Assembly: GCA_963843975.1 (NCBI GenBank)
Contig: CAWJMG010000003.1
Span: 1,380,001 to 1,412,000 of the forward strand
DNA length: 32,000 nucleotides
Direction: 5' to 3'
Source of the DNA: an uncultured Actinomycetes bacterium
GTDB lineage: Bacteria; Actinomycetota; Actinomycetes; S36-B12; CAIYMF01
Part shown: positions 8,999-18,388 of the stretch, piece after piece
How the letters are laid out: each line of letters begins with the position of its first letter
How positions within the stretch are numbered: the stretch's first letter is position 1
Translations under genes and position numbers: made by a program
The notes under the pieces: model-generated
Databases searched by the model: none
The model's input: the letters and a program-made list of their open reading frames with translations, nothing else
Told to the model about the DNA's origin: nothing

Positions 8999-9730
8999 TC
9001 AGGTCCGGTCGAGCAGCGGGAGGCTGCGCAGGCCTCGCTCGAGCTGCCAGGAGAGGTACGCCGCGACCAGGCTCGAGGCCTCGCGCCGGGCCCGGGGCGA
9101 GCTCTGGTCGGCCACCGACCAGTCGCCCGAGAGCAGCGAGCCGAGCAGGGCGAAGGTCTCCTCGGCCGGCGAGGCCGACCCGGGCTGGCGGTCGTCGCTG
9201 CAGAGCGCACCCCCGGCCGCCACGTGGAAGGAGCGGTGCGGCCCCGGGATGCCGCACTTCGCGCACGCGTCGAAGCTCGGCGCGACGCCGGCGACCGCGA
9301 GGGAGCGCACGAGGTAGGCGTCGAGGATGAGCCCCGCGTCGTGGTCGCCGGAGACGAGGGCGCGCAGGCCGCCGACCAGCAGGAGGTACTGCTGCACCGC
9401 GGGCTCGCGCTCCTCCGAGGTCATGCGCTCGGCGGTCTCGAGCATGACCTGGCCGGTGGTGTAGCGGGAGTAGTCGCCGACGAGCTGGGCGCCGTACGAG
9501 CCGATGGTCTCCACCTGGGTGACGCCGTCGAGCGAGCGACCCTCGTAGAACTGGACGTCGACGTGGCTGAACGGCTCGAGCCGGGCGCCGATCCGTGACG
9601 TGGTCTTGCGGACGCCCTTGGCGACGGCGCGGATGCGCCCGTGGTCGCGGGTGAGCAGGGTGACGATGCGGTCGGCCTCGCCCAGCTTCTGGGCGCGCAG
9701 GACCACACCCTCGTCGCGGTAGAGGCTCAC
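8999..9730 (-). CDS. recO: DNA repair protein RecO
   Basis: GTG 9730 within track ORF 8999..10390. VSLYRDEGVVLRAQKLGEADRIVTLLTRDHGRIRAVAKGVRK... is the canonical RecO N-terminus. 243 aa. Confidence 0.9.
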   Translation of the reverse strand: MSLYRDEGVVLRAQKLGEADRIVTLLTRDHGRIRAVAKGVRKTTSRIGARLEPFSHVDVQFYEGRSLDGVTQVETIGSYGAQLVGDYSRYTTGQVMLETAERMTSEEREPAVQQYLLLVGGLRALVSGDHDAGLILDAYLVRSLAVAGVAPSFDACAKCGIPGPHRSFHVAAGGALCSDDRQPGSASPAEETFALLGSLLSGDWSVADQSSPRARREASSLVAAYLSWQLERGLRSLPLLDRT

Positions 9731-9845
9731 CCGGGCATTCTCCCCCGCTGCACCCACAGGCACCCTCTGGGACACGGCGAGCGGACGGACCCACCGGACC
9801 CGCACCCGGGGTAGCGTCGTCGGATAGGACGAGCGAGGAGGCACG

Positions 9846-11093
9846 GTGGCCGACGACGACCTCACCGCGAGGATCGCGCAGCGGGACGAGCCCGAAGCCG
9901 TCCCCGTGCGGTTCGACAACAAGGCCCTGCGCCGCTCGGTCGTCTCCGTGCTGCTCGTGTTCCTCGCCTTCACCGTGGCGGTCTGGCTCTTCGGCCAGCT
10001 CAACCACTTCCTGCTCGTGCTCCTGCTCGCGTGGCTGCTGTCGATCGCGATGGAGCCCGGCGTCGCGTGGCTGTCCAACCACGGCTGGCGGCGCGGTGCG
10101 GCCACCGGGCTGGTGCTCTTCGCCATCGTGCTTGTCACGCTGGCGTTCCTCGGCCTGTTCGGCGGCCTGTTCTTCACCCAGCTCGCCGACCTCGTGCAGC
10201 AGCTGCCGGCGATCGTCACCGACATCATCACGTGGCTGAACTCCACGTTCGGCCTCAAGCTCGACCCCAACAACGTGCTCGAGCTGCTGCAGATCTCTCC
10301 GTCGCAGATCACCTCGGTCGCCACGAACCTCGCCGGCGGCGTGCTCGGCGTGTTCGGCCTGCTGTTCGGGACGATCTTCGACGGGCTCACGATGCTGGTG
10401 TTCGCGTTCTACTTCTCCGCCGATGGCCCGCGCCTTCGCCGCGCGATCGGCTCCTGGCTGCCCCTCGAGTCGCAGAAGGTGTTCGTCACCGTCTGGGACA
10501 TCTCGGTGACCAAGACCGGCGGCTTCGTCGTCTCGAAGGTCATCCTCGCGACGCTGTCGTCGCTGGCGCACTCGGTCGCGTTCTTCGTCATCGGGGTTCC
10601 GTACTGGCTCCCGATGGGCGTGTTCGCCGGCGTCGTCAGCCAGTTCATCCCGACCATCGGCACGTACATCGGCATCATCGTGCCGGCCGCGTTCGCCGCC
10701 TTCGAGCAGCCGATCGACGTGGTCTGGATCGTCGCGTTCGCGACCCTGTACCAGCAGCTCGAGAACTACGTCTTCACCCCGCGCGTGAGCCGCGTGACCA
10801 TGGACATCCACCCGGCCCTCGCGCTCGGGTCCGTCTTCGTCGGCATCGCGATCTTCGGCCCCATCGGCGCGATCATCGGCATCCCTCTGGCGGCGGCGGC
10901 CATCGCGGTCATGGACACGTACGGCGAGCGGAAGGAGCTCATCCCCGAGCTGCAGGTCCGGACCCGGGGCGAGAAGCCGGGCAGGGAGGGCGACGAGTAC
11001 GCCGGAGACCCGGACGCCGTGGCGCCTGCGGGGCTGCCCGCCGCCGACGCCGTGATCGAGGCGACGTCGGACGGTTCGACGTCCGAGTCCTGA
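9846..11093 (+). CDS. AI-2E family (PerM/UPF0118) transporter
   Basis: 415 aa with 7-8 TM helices. The conserved C-terminal core is ...IPYWLPMGVFAGVVSQFIPTIGTYIG...LYQQLENYVFTPRV...HPALALGSVFVG. GTG 9846 is preceded by GAGGAGG. Confidence 0.85.
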   Translation: MADDDLTARIAQRDEPEAVPVRFDNKALRRSVVSVLLVFLAFTVAVWLFGQLNHFLLVLLLAWLLSIAMEPGVAWLSNHGWRRGAATGLVLFAIVLVTLAFLGLFGGLFFTQLADLVQQLPAIVTDIITWLNSTFGLKLDPNNVLELLQISPSQITSVATNLAGGVLGVFGLLFGTIFDGLTMLVFAFYFSADGPRLRRAIGSWLPLESQKVFVTVWDISVTKTGGFVVSKVILATLSSLAHSVAFFVIGVPYWLPMGVFAGVVSQFIPTIGTYIGIIVPAAFAAFEQPIDVVWIVAFATLYQQLENYVFTPRVSRVTMDIHPALALGSVFVGIAIFGPIGAIIGIPLAAAAIAVMDTYGERKELIPELQVRTRGEKPGREGDEYAGDPDAVAPAGLPAADAVIEATSDGSTSES

Positions 11094-11240
11094 CGCGAGC
11101 GCCACACCTGCTCACCGATCGCTCAAGAATCGGCGCTCGGGCATGACCGGTCACCCGGCGTCCCCCACCCTGGACGAGGCGCGCAGCCGCGGGCCGACCT
11201 CCACCGCGCAGAGCCGCGCGGTCGCGCACCGGAGACGAAC

Positions 11241-12032
11241 GTGACCACCCCCGCCACCCCCTGGATCCTGGAGCCGGCGCAGCACGGCTCCCCCGACCGC
11301 CAGGGACGAACCGAGATCCGCGACGTCGTCACGGCTCTGACTCGGGAGGTCGCCTCCCGGCCGGACGACGACCGGCTGCTGCGCTCGCTGGTCCTCGGCT
11401 TCCCCGACCGCTTCCGCGCCTCCGCCGCGCTCCTCGCGCGCACGCGCGCCGACGGCGTGCTCGTGCCCGTGAGCCGCTTCGGCCGCCAGCCCGCCGGCAC
11501 CGACGTTCCCGTGCTCGCCGCCAGCGGCGAAGGGCCGGTGGCGCGCGCGTACCGTCAGAGCGACCCCTACCTTCTCGGCACCTCGGCCGCGGCGGCCGCG
11601 GCGCTTCCCGGCGACGCGGACGGTCCCACCCGGCTCGCGGCCGTGCAGCTGGTCGCCAACGGCGCTCCTGCCGGCGTGATCCTCGTCTGCTTCGACGCCG
11701 ACGTCCCTGACGCCGAGGACCTGTCCGACCTCATGGTCGTGCTGCGCGACATCGTGTCCCTGCACGTGCGCGACGCATGGCGCGAGCCGCTCGTGGTGCC
11801 CTCCGCCTGGCCCCTCCACGGCGTGGACGGAGGGGACGACGCGCTCACCTCGCGGCGCATCGACATCCTGCGGCTCATGTCGGTCGGCCTGTCCAACAAG
11901 GCCATCGCGCAGCGCATCGGCTACAGCGAGTCCACCGTGCGGCACGAGTCGATGGCTATTTACCGGATCCTCGACGTCCCCGACCGTCGCACGGCGTGCC
12001 TCGTGGCCCGCACGCGCGGCCTGCTCGACTGA
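11241..12032 (+). CDS. LuxR/GerE-family transcriptional regulator with a GAF-like N-terminal domain
   Basis: C-terminal HTH: LTSRRIDILRLMSVGLSNKAIAQRIGYSESTVRHESMAIYRILDV. The N-terminal ~190 aa has no receiver-domain Asp pocket and shows a GAF-like pattern (...AVQLVANGAPAGVILVCFDADVP...). GTG 11241 is preceded by GGAGA. Confidence 0.8.
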   Translation: MTTPATPWILEPAQHGSPDRQGRTEIRDVVTALTREVASRPDDDRLLRSLVLGFPDRFRASAALLARTRADGVLVPVSRFGRQPAGTDVPVLAASGEGPVARAYRQSDPYLLGTSAAAAAALPGDADGPTRLAAVQLVANGAPAGVILVCFDADVPDAEDLSDLMVVLRDIVSLHVRDAWREPLVVPSAWPLHGVDGGDDALTSRRIDILRLMSVGLSNKAIAQRIGYSESTVRHESMAIYRILDVPDRRTACLVARTRGLLD

Positions 12033-12054
12033 GCGCAGAAGGCCCGTCGCCCGA

Positions 12055-12981
12055 TCAGAAGCCGAGCTTGCGCAGCTGCTTCGGGTCGCGCTGCCAGTCG
12101 GCAGCGACCTTCACGCGCAGGTCGAGGTGCACCTTCGTCCCGAGGAGGGCCTCGATCTGCTTGCGAGACGTCATTCCCACGTCGCGCAGCCGAGAACCCT
12201 TGTGGCCGATGATGATCCCCTTCTGGCTGTCGCGCTCGACGTACAGCGACGCATGGACGTCGAGGAGAGGGTTGTCGGCGGAGCGACCTTCCCGCGGCAC
12301 CATCTCGTCGACGACGACGGCGATCGAGTGCGGCAGCTCGTCGTGCACGCCCTCGAGCGCAGCCTCGCGGATGAGCTCGGCCACCATGATGAGCTCGGGC
12401 TCGTCGGTGAGCTCGCCCTCGGGGTAGAGCGGCGGACCGTCGGGCAGCAGGCCGACGAGAAGGTCCGCGAGCAGCTGCACCTGGTCGCCGGCGACGGCGG
12501 ACACCGGGATGATCTCGGCCCACTCGAAGCCCAGGCTCTCCCCCAGCTTGGCGACCTCGAGCAGCCGCTTGCCGACGGTCTCGTGCTCGACGAGGTCGGT
12601 CTTGGTCACGATCGCGACCTTGGGCGTGCGCTTGGCGGTGGCGAGCTGGGTCGCGATCCAGCGGTCGCCGGGGCCGACCGGCTCGTCGGCGGGGACGCAG
12701 AAGCCGATGACGTCGACCTCCGCCCACGTCTCCTGCACGAGCGCGTTCAGCCGCTCCCCGAGCAGGGTGCGCGGCTTGTGGACGCCCGGGGTGTCGACGA
12801 GGACGAGCTGCGCGTCGGGGCGGTGGACGATGCCACGGATGGTGTGCCGCGTGGTCTGCGGCTTGCTCGAGGTGATGGCCACCTTGTCGCCCACGAGGGC
12901 GTTGGTCAGCGTGGACTTGCCGGCGTTGGGTCGACCGACGAAGCAGGCGAAGCCGGAGCGGTGCTCGGAGGTGTCGGTCAC
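12055..12981 (-). CDS. era: GTPase Era
   Basis: GRPNAGKSTL (G1), DTPG (G3), TKTD (G4) and a KH domain at the C-terminus. 308 aa. GTG start overlaps the EamA stop (GTGA). Confidence 0.95.
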   Translation of the reverse strand: MTDTSEHRSGFACFVGRPNAGKSTLTNALVGDKVAITSSKPQTTRHTIRGIVHRPDAQLVLVDTPGVHKPRTLLGERLNALVQETWAEVDVIGFCVPADEPVGPGDRWIATQLATAKRTPKVAIVTKTDLVEHETVGKRLLEVAKLGESLGFEWAEIIPVSAVAGDQVQLLADLLVGLLPDGPPLYPEGELTDEPELIMVAELIREAALEGVHDELPHSIAVVVDEMVPREGRSADNPLLDVHASLYVERDSQKGIIIGHKGSRLRDVGMTSRKQIEALLGTKVHLDLRVKVAADWQRDPKQLRKLGF

Positions 12982-13898
12982 GGGAGTGATTGTCCCTCAC
13001 CCAGACGGGACGCAGCGCCCTGCAGCGCCAGACCCGCCAGGACGAGGCTCACACCGACCCAGCCGAGCACGGGGATCGTCTCGCCGAGCACGAGGACGCC
13101 CAGCAGCGTCGCCACCACGGGCTCGGCCAGGACGAGGGTGGTGACCGGCCCGGCGGGCAGGTGGCGCAGCCCGCGGCCGAACAGCACGTAGGCAACCGTC
13201 GTGGTCGCGAGACCGAGCCACAGCGCCATCGCCAGGCCGCTCGGGGTGGCCAGCCAGGCCAACGGCTGGGTGAGCAGCACCGGCAGGAGCACGAGGCCGC
13301 CGAGGCCGAAGGCCGCAGCCATCACCTCGTCGCTGCGGTGGCCGTCGTTCATGAGCCTCTTGGAGGCGACGGTGTAGAAGGCGTAGCCGAGACCCGAGGC
13401 CAGGGCGAGCAGGAAGCCGAGGACGTCCGCGTGACCGCCGCTCGAGCTGCTGCCGATGAGCAGTCCGAGTCCGACCACGCAGACCGACGTCGCCACGACC
13501 CAGGACGCCCTCGGCCGCTCGCGCAGCAGGATCCAGGACAGGATGCCCGTGAAGACGGGCCCGCTGCCGATCGTGACGAGCGTGCCGACGGCGACGCCTG
13601 CGCGCAGGACGCCGCCGAAGAAGCACACCTGGTAGAGCGCGGTCGTCAGGCCGGCGAGGATCCCCCAGCGGGTGCGCCACAGCGCGAGCGCGTCGCGGCG
13701 GCTGCCGCCGATCCACGGGAGCACGGCGAAGAGCCCCGCGCCTCCGATCGCGATGCGCGCGGCGCCGACGCCCAGCGGTGTCGTGCCCGACGGGCCGAGC
13801 GCCTGGCTCGTTCCCGTGGTGCCGAAGAGCGTGGCGGCCGCGAGCACCGAGAGCACGGCCCGGCCACGGCCGGCGTCACCGGCCTCGGTGGTGGTCAC
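12978..13898 (-). CDS. EamA/DMT superfamily permease
   Basis: 306 aa, about 10 TM helices with two EamA-like halves. High GC3. Confidence 0.8.
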   Translation of the reverse strand: MTTTEAGDAGRGRAVLSVLAAATLFGTTGTSQALGPSGTTPLGVGAARIAIGGAGLFAVLPWIGGSRRDALALWRTRWGILAGLTTALYQVCFFGGVLRAGVAVGTLVTIGSGPVFTGILSWILLRERPRASWVVATSVCVVGLGLLIGSSSSGGHADVLGFLLALASGLGYAFYTVASKRLMNDGHRSDEVMAAAFGLGGLVLLPVLLTQPLAWLATPSGLAMALWLGLATTTVAYVLFGRGLRHLPAGPVTTLVLAEPVVATLLGVLVLGETIPVLGWVGVSLVLAGLALQGAASRLGEGQSLP

Positions 13899-13907
13899 AG
13901 TTGCGGA

Positions 13908-14279
13908 TCAGGTCGTGACGACGGCGAGGACGACCGCGTCCGTTCCCACGACGATCACGGGAACTCCGGCACCGCCGAGGTCGCGCACGGCGTCGACGTC
14001 TGCGGCATCGACCTCCGCGTCCCGGCGCACGACGACGGCAGCCTCGAGACCGCGTGCGCCCGAGGCGGCGGCCTGCGCGACCGCCAGCCGCAGGGCCGAG
14101 AGCGGCAACGAGGCCAGCGCGACCGTGGCGCCGGAGTAGGTGCGTCCGGTCTCGTCGCGCACGGCGGAGCCCTCGGCAGCGCCGACGCGGCCGCGGGCTC
14201 CACGGGCGAGCGTGGCGAGCTTGGCGTCCTCGGCGGGAAGGTCGGCGGCCGGCGTGCCCGCCGCGATCTCGTCAGCCAT
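13908..14279 (-). CDS. cytidine-deaminase-like protein (homologue of the conserved protein between the CBS gene and era in actinobacteria)
   Basis: ATG 14279 within ORF 13908..14423, 123 aa. ...AVRDETGRTYSGATVALASLPLSALRLAVAQAAASGAR... resembles a deaminase fold, but no H/CAE or PCxxC zinc motifs are visible. Its start overlaps the upstream stop by 8 nt. Confidence 0.55.
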   Translation of the reverse strand: MADEIAAGTPAADLPAEDAKLATLARGARGRVGAAEGSAVRDETGRTYSGATVALASLPLSALRLAVAQAAASGARGLEAAVVVRRDAEVDAADVDAVRDLGGAGVPVIVVGTDAVVLAVVTT

Positions 14280-15582
14280 CGGTGTCCTCGTCCTCGTCGT
14301 CGTCCGCCACCGGCACGACCGGCTCGGCGAGCACCGTACCGATGCGGTTGCGCCGACCGGCGGCGGATTCTGCGGTGAGGTCCCAGCCGTCCACCGTGAT
14401 CCGGGCCCCGGGGATCGGGACACGGCCGAGGCGCAGCGCGAGCAGGCCGCCGACGGTGTCGACGCCCTCCTCCTCGCCGTCGATGTCGATCCCGATCAGG
14501 TCGGCGAAGTCGTCGACGTGCATGCGCGCGTGCACCCGGTACGCGCCGTGCGCGAGCTTCTCGACCTCGGGCACCTCGGTGTCGTACTCGTCGGCGATCT
14601 CTCCGACGATCTCCTCGACCACGTCCTCGATCGTCACGATGCCGGCAGTGCCGCCGTACTCGTCGACGAGGACGGCGAGGTGCGTGCGCGCGGCCTGCAT
14701 GTCCTTGAGGAGGTCGTCCGCGCGCTTGGAGTCCGGGACCATGAACACGGGACGCATGAGGCTCGCGACGCGCTCGCTCTGCTCGGCGTCGTGGTGCTCG
14801 AACGTGCGGCGCACGAGGTCCTTCAGGTAGACGACGCCGATGATGTCGTCGACGTTCTCGCCGACCACGGGGATGCGCGAGAAGCCGCTGCGCAGCGCGA
14901 GCGAGATCGCCTGCCGCAGCGTCTTGGTGCCCTCGACGAAGACCATGTCGGTGCGCGGCACCATGAGCTCGCGCGCGACCGTGTCGCCGAGCTCGAAGAC
15001 CGAGTGGATCATCTGCCGCTCGTCGTCCTCGATGAGGTCGCTGGCCTCGGCGAGGTCGACGAGCTCGCGCAGCTCTGCCTGCGAGGCGAAGGGGCCGCGC
15101 TTGAAGCCGCGCCCGGGCGTCAGCGCGTTGCCGACGAGGATGAGCAGGCTCGTGACGGGGCCGAGCAGCACCGCGAGGCCGCGCGCGACGCCGGCGGTGC
15201 GCAGCGCGATGCGGTCGGCGTGCTGGACGCCGAGGGTCCGCGGTGCGACACCGAGCGCCACGAACCCGAGCACGACCATCACCAGCGACGACGCGACGAG
15301 CCGCCACCAGACGTCGCCCGGCACGAGCTCGAGGAAGGCCCGCGTCACGAGGACCGTGGCCGACACGAACAGCAGCGTGTGCAGGAAGAGCAGGACGTTC
15401 ACGTAGCGGGCGCGGTCCTCCAGCAGCGTGAGCAGCCGGGCCGCCCCGCGGACGCCCTCGCGCTGCAGCTCCTCCACGCGGGCACGGGAGACGCGCCCGA
15501 AGGCGGTCTCACCCGCGACCAGGAACGCAGCGAGCACGACGAGCACCGCGGCGACGAGCAGCGACCAACCCTCGGCGGTCAT
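14272..15582 (-). CDS. hemolysin-family / CNNM (DUF21) - CBS pair - CorC_HlyC domain protein
   Basis: ATG 15582 within ORF 14272..15885, 436 aa. N-terminal TM domain, CBS pair ([12 protein letters not shown]...[21 protein letters not shown]) and a CorC C-terminal domain. ATGA overlap with ybeY. Confidence 0.9.
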   Translation of the reverse strand: MTAEGWSLLVAAVLVVLAAFLVAGETAFGRVSRARVEELQREGVRGAARLLTLLEDRARYVNVLLFLHTLLFVSATVLVTRAFLELVPGDVWWRLVASSLVMVVLGFVALGVAPRTLGVQHADRIALRTAGVARGLAVLLGPVTSLLILVGNALTPGRGFKRGPFASQAELRELVDLAEASDLIEDDERQMIHSVFELGDTVARELMVPRTDMVFVEGTKTLRQAISLALRSGFSRIPVVGENVDDIIGVVYLKDLVRRTFEHHDAEQSERVASLMRPVFMVPDSKRADDLLKDMQAARTHLAVLVDEYGGTAGIVTIEDVVEEIVGEIADEYDTEVPEVEKLAHGAYRVHARMHVDDFADLIGIDIDGEEEGVDTVGGLLALRLGRVPIPGARITVDGWDLTAESAAGRRNRIGTVLAEPVVPVADDDEDEDTDG

Positions 15583-16043
15583 CGATCCCCCGCGGCGTGG
15601 GCGACCCACTCGGCCAGCAGCCGGGCCTGGAGGCCGAACATCTCGGCGTGCTCGTCGGGCTCGGCGTGGTCGTAGCCGAGGAGATGCAGGATCCCGTGCG
15701 TCAGCAGCAGTGCCAGCTCGTCCTCGAGCCGGTGGCCCGCCGTCTCGGCCTGCGTCGCAGCGACCTGCGGGCAGATGACGATGTCGCCCAGCAGGCCCTC
15801 CTCGGGCTCCTCGTCGTCCTTCGTGGGGCGCAGCTCGTCCATGGGGAACGACATGACGTCGGTCGGGCCGGGCTCGTCCATCCACTTCACGTGCAGGTCG
15901 GTCATGGCGGCCTCGTCGACGAGGACGACGGACAGCTCGGCCTGCGGATGGATGCGCAGCCGGTCGAGGGTGAAGCGCGCCTGGGCCCCCAGCGCGTCCA
16001 CGTCGACGTCGACCTCGGTCTCGTTGACGACCTCGATGCTCAT
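15579..16043 (-). CDS. ybeY: rRNA maturation RNase YbeY
   Basis: 154 aa with the [11 protein letters not shown] metal-binding motif. Confidence 0.95.
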   Translation of the reverse strand: MSIEVVNETEVDVDVDALGAQARFTLDRLRIHPQAELSVVLVDEAAMTDLHVKWMDEPGPTDVMSFPMDELRPTKDDEEPEEGLLGDIVICPQVAATQAETAGHRLEDELALLLTHGILHLLGYDHAEPDEHAEMFGLQARLLAEWVAHAAGDR

Positions 16044-16052
16044 GACGCCGCC

Positions 16053-17084
16053 CTAGATCCGGCGGGACCGGCGCGACGGGCGCTCGGCCTTCTGCGCGGC
16101 CTCGTGCACCTCGGCGTCGTGGCGCGCGTAGGCGTCGACGATCTTGCCGACGAGCTTGTGCCGCACGACGTCTTGGCTGTGCAGGCGGCAGAAGGCGACG
16201 TCCTCGATGCCCTCGAGGATCGACTCGACCACCTTGAGGCCGGACGCCGTTCCGCTGGGCAGGTCGACCTGCGTCGTGTCGCCCGTGACGACCATCGTGG
16301 AGTTGAAGCCGAGACGGGTGAGGAACATCTTCATCTGCTCGGGCGAGGTGTTCTGGGCCTCGTCGAGGATGATGAACGCATCGTTGAGGGTGCGACCGCG
16401 CATGTAGGCGAGCGGTGCCACCTCGATCGTGCCGCTGGTCATGAGCCGCGGGATGAGGTCGGGGTCGATCATGTCGTGCAGCGCGTCGTACAGCGGGCGC
16501 AGGTAAGGGTCGATCTTCTCGCTGAGAGTGCCGGGCAGGAAGCCAAGCCGCTCGCCAGCCTCGACCGCAGGGCGCGTGAGGATGATGCGGGTGATCGCCT
16601 TCGTGTTCAGCGCCTGCACGGCCTTCGCGACTGCGAGGTAGGTCTTTCCCGTTCCGGCAGGGCCGATGCCGAACGTGATCGTGTGCTCGTCGATGGCGTC
16701 GACGTACTTCTTCTGGTTCAGCGTCTTCGGGCGGATCGTGCGGCCGCGGTTGCTGAGGATGTTCGAGGTGAGGACGTCGGCCGGTCGGGCAGTGTCGCTC
16801 TCGCGCATCATCGTGATGAGTCGCTCGACCTGGTCGGCCGTGAGGCCCTGACCGGTACGGACGACGGCCAGCATCTCGCCGACGACGCGGTCGACGAGAG
16901 CGACCTCGGCGGCAGCGCCGGTGAGCGTGAACTGGTTGCCGCGCACGTGCAGGTCGACCTCGGGGAAGCCGCGCTCCACCGTGCGGACGAGCTCGTCGCC
17001 CGATCCCAGGATGCTGACCATGTCGAGGGACGCCGGGATCACGATCGTGGTCGTGATGTCGGTGGCGGTGGTGATGGGGGTCAT
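16053..17084 (-). CDS. phoH: PhoH family ATPase
   Basis: ATG 17084 (SD GAGAGG) within ORF 16053..17141. Walker A GPAGTGKTYLAV, then ...ILDEAQNT...GDTTQVDLP. Confidence 0.9.
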   Translation of the reverse strand: MTPITTATDITTTIVIPASLDMVSILGSGDELVRTVERGFPEVDLHVRGNQFTLTGAAAEVALVDRVVGEMLAVVRTGQGLTADQVERLITMMRESDTARPADVLTSNILSNRGRTIRPKTLNQKKYVDAIDEHTITFGIGPAGTGKTYLAVAKAVQALNTKAITRIILTRPAVEAGERLGFLPGTLSEKIDPYLRPLYDALHDMIDPDLIPRLMTSGTIEVAPLAYMRGRTLNDAFIILDEAQNTSPEQMKMFLTRLGFNSTMVVTGDTTQVDLPSGTASGLKVVESILEGIEDVAFCRLHSQDVVRHKLVGKIVDAYARHDAEVHEAAQKAERPSRRSRRI

Positions 17085-17186
17085 GGGTCGGCCTCTCGGG
17101 CCGTGACTGCCCTTCGTTCGTCGTGGTCGTGGAGCCACCATGGTACGGCGGGGCGGCCTGCCGGGCTCCCCGGTTGCCGCCGGGGC

Positions 17187-17528
17187 CTAGCCGGGCGGCC
17201 AGGTCAGCGTGCGGCCGCCCAGCACGTGCAGGTGGACGTGGAACACCGTCTGGCCGCCATCGGCACCGGTGTTGAACACCAGCCGGAAGCCCTGGTCGAG
17301 CCCCTCCGCCGCCCCTACGGCCGCCCCGGCGGCGAGCAGGGTCCCGGCGAGGTCGGGGTCTGCGGCGGTGAGCGCCACGACGTCGGCGTGGTGCGCCTTG
17401 GGCACGACCACGACGTGGGTGGGCGCGGCGGGCGCGATGTCGCGGAACGCGAGCACCTCGTCGGTCTCGTGCACGACGGTCGCGGGGATCTCCCCCGCGA
17501 CGATGCGGCAGAACAGGCAGTCGCTCAT
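17187..17528 (-). CDS. HIT (histidine triad) family protein
   Basis: 113 aa. CLFCRIVAGEIP...HVHLHVLGG. Confidence 0.9.
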   Translation of the reverse strand: MSDCLFCRIVAGEIPATVVHETDEVLAFRDIAPAAPTHVVVVPKAHHADVVALTAADPDLAGTLLAAGAAVGAAEGLDQGFRLVFNTGADGGQTVFHVHLHVLGGRTLTWPPG

Positions 17529-17550
17529 GGGCCGACGCTAGCCGACCGGA

Positions 17551-18045
17551 TCAGGCAGGTCGCGGGCGCCAGCGCTTCCACACCGCTAGCGCCGTCGCGC
17601 GGACCTTGCCGTCGTGGATGAGCTCGACCTCGGCCGTCATCTGGTCCTCGCCCGGGTCGGTCACGACGGCGTGCAGCAGCACGGTGTCGCGCAGAGGTGC
17701 CGGTCGCAGGTAGCGCACGTCGAGGCCGGCCGTGACGTACGGCAGCGCGGCCCCCGGCAGGGGCGGCCAGCCCTGACGCTCGGCCTCGAGGACCACGGCC
17801 GCCGCGCTGTGGCAGTCCAGGACCGTGCCGATGATGCCGCCGTTGAGGAAGCCGAGGCCGTTGTCGTGCTCGGGCCACGGGGTGAACGACGCCACGACTC
17901 CGACGCCGTCGTCCGCCGGATAGCTCGCGAGGCGCAGACCCCGCTCGTTGGACGGCCCGCAGCCGAAGCACGGGAGGTCCGGGAAGAACCGCTGCTGGAT
18001 GCTCGCGCCGAGCTCGTCCACCGCCATGGCGACAGTCTCACTCAT
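17551..18045 (-). CDS. PaaI-family hotdog-fold thioesterase
   Basis: ATG 18045 within ORF 17551..18147. ...LPCFGCGPSNERGL...GFLNGGIIGTVLDCHSAAAV... matches the PaaI-like pattern. Confidence 0.7.
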   Translation of the reverse strand: MSETVAMAVDELGASIQQRFFPDLPCFGCGPSNERGLRLASYPADDGVGVVASFTPWPEHDNGLGFLNGGIIGTVLDCHSAAAVVLEAERQGWPPLPGAALPYVTAGLDVRYLRPAPLRDTVLLHAVVTDPGEDQMTAEVELIHDGKVRATALAVWKRWRPRPA

Positions 18046-18158
18046 CGGCCGCCGCGCAGATGTCCTTCTGACCCGTCGCCGTTCGTCCTTGGGTGTCAGG
18101 GACTCGCAGACGACGAGGGACGCCGGCGGGCCACCACCACCCAGCAAGGGAGCACACC

Positions 18159-18335
18159 ATGGGTTACTCGTTCGCCTGCGCCGACGCCGGCGCGCCCTGC
18201 CCCGGCTCGTTCGCCACCGAGACCAAGGACGAGCTGCTGGCGCACCTGCAGATGCACACCGCCACCGCGCACCCCGACATGCCGAGCACCCCCGAGGCCG
18301 CCGCCCAGGTCGGCGCCCTCATCAAGCAGTTCTGA
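18159..18335 (+). CDS. DUF1059 small protein
   Basis: ATG 18159 is preceded by AAGGGAG. MGYSFACADAGAPCPGSFATETKDELLAHLQMHTATAHP matches the DUF1059 pattern. 58 aa. Confidence 0.7.
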   Translation: MGYSFACADAGAPCPGSFATETKDELLAHLQMHTATAHPDMPSTPEAAAQVGALIKQF

Positions 18336-18342
18336 TCACGAT

Positions 18343-18387
18343 GAAGGGGGCCTTCTCGGTCTTCACGGGCCGATGACGGCCCCCTTC
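18343..18387. terminator. hairpin between convergent DUF1059 and nitroreductase genes
   Basis: GAAGGGGGCC (18343-18352) and GGCCCCCTTC (18378-18387) form a perfect 10-bp inverted repeat with a 25-nt loop. Confidence 0.4.
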
Positions 18388-18388
18388 G

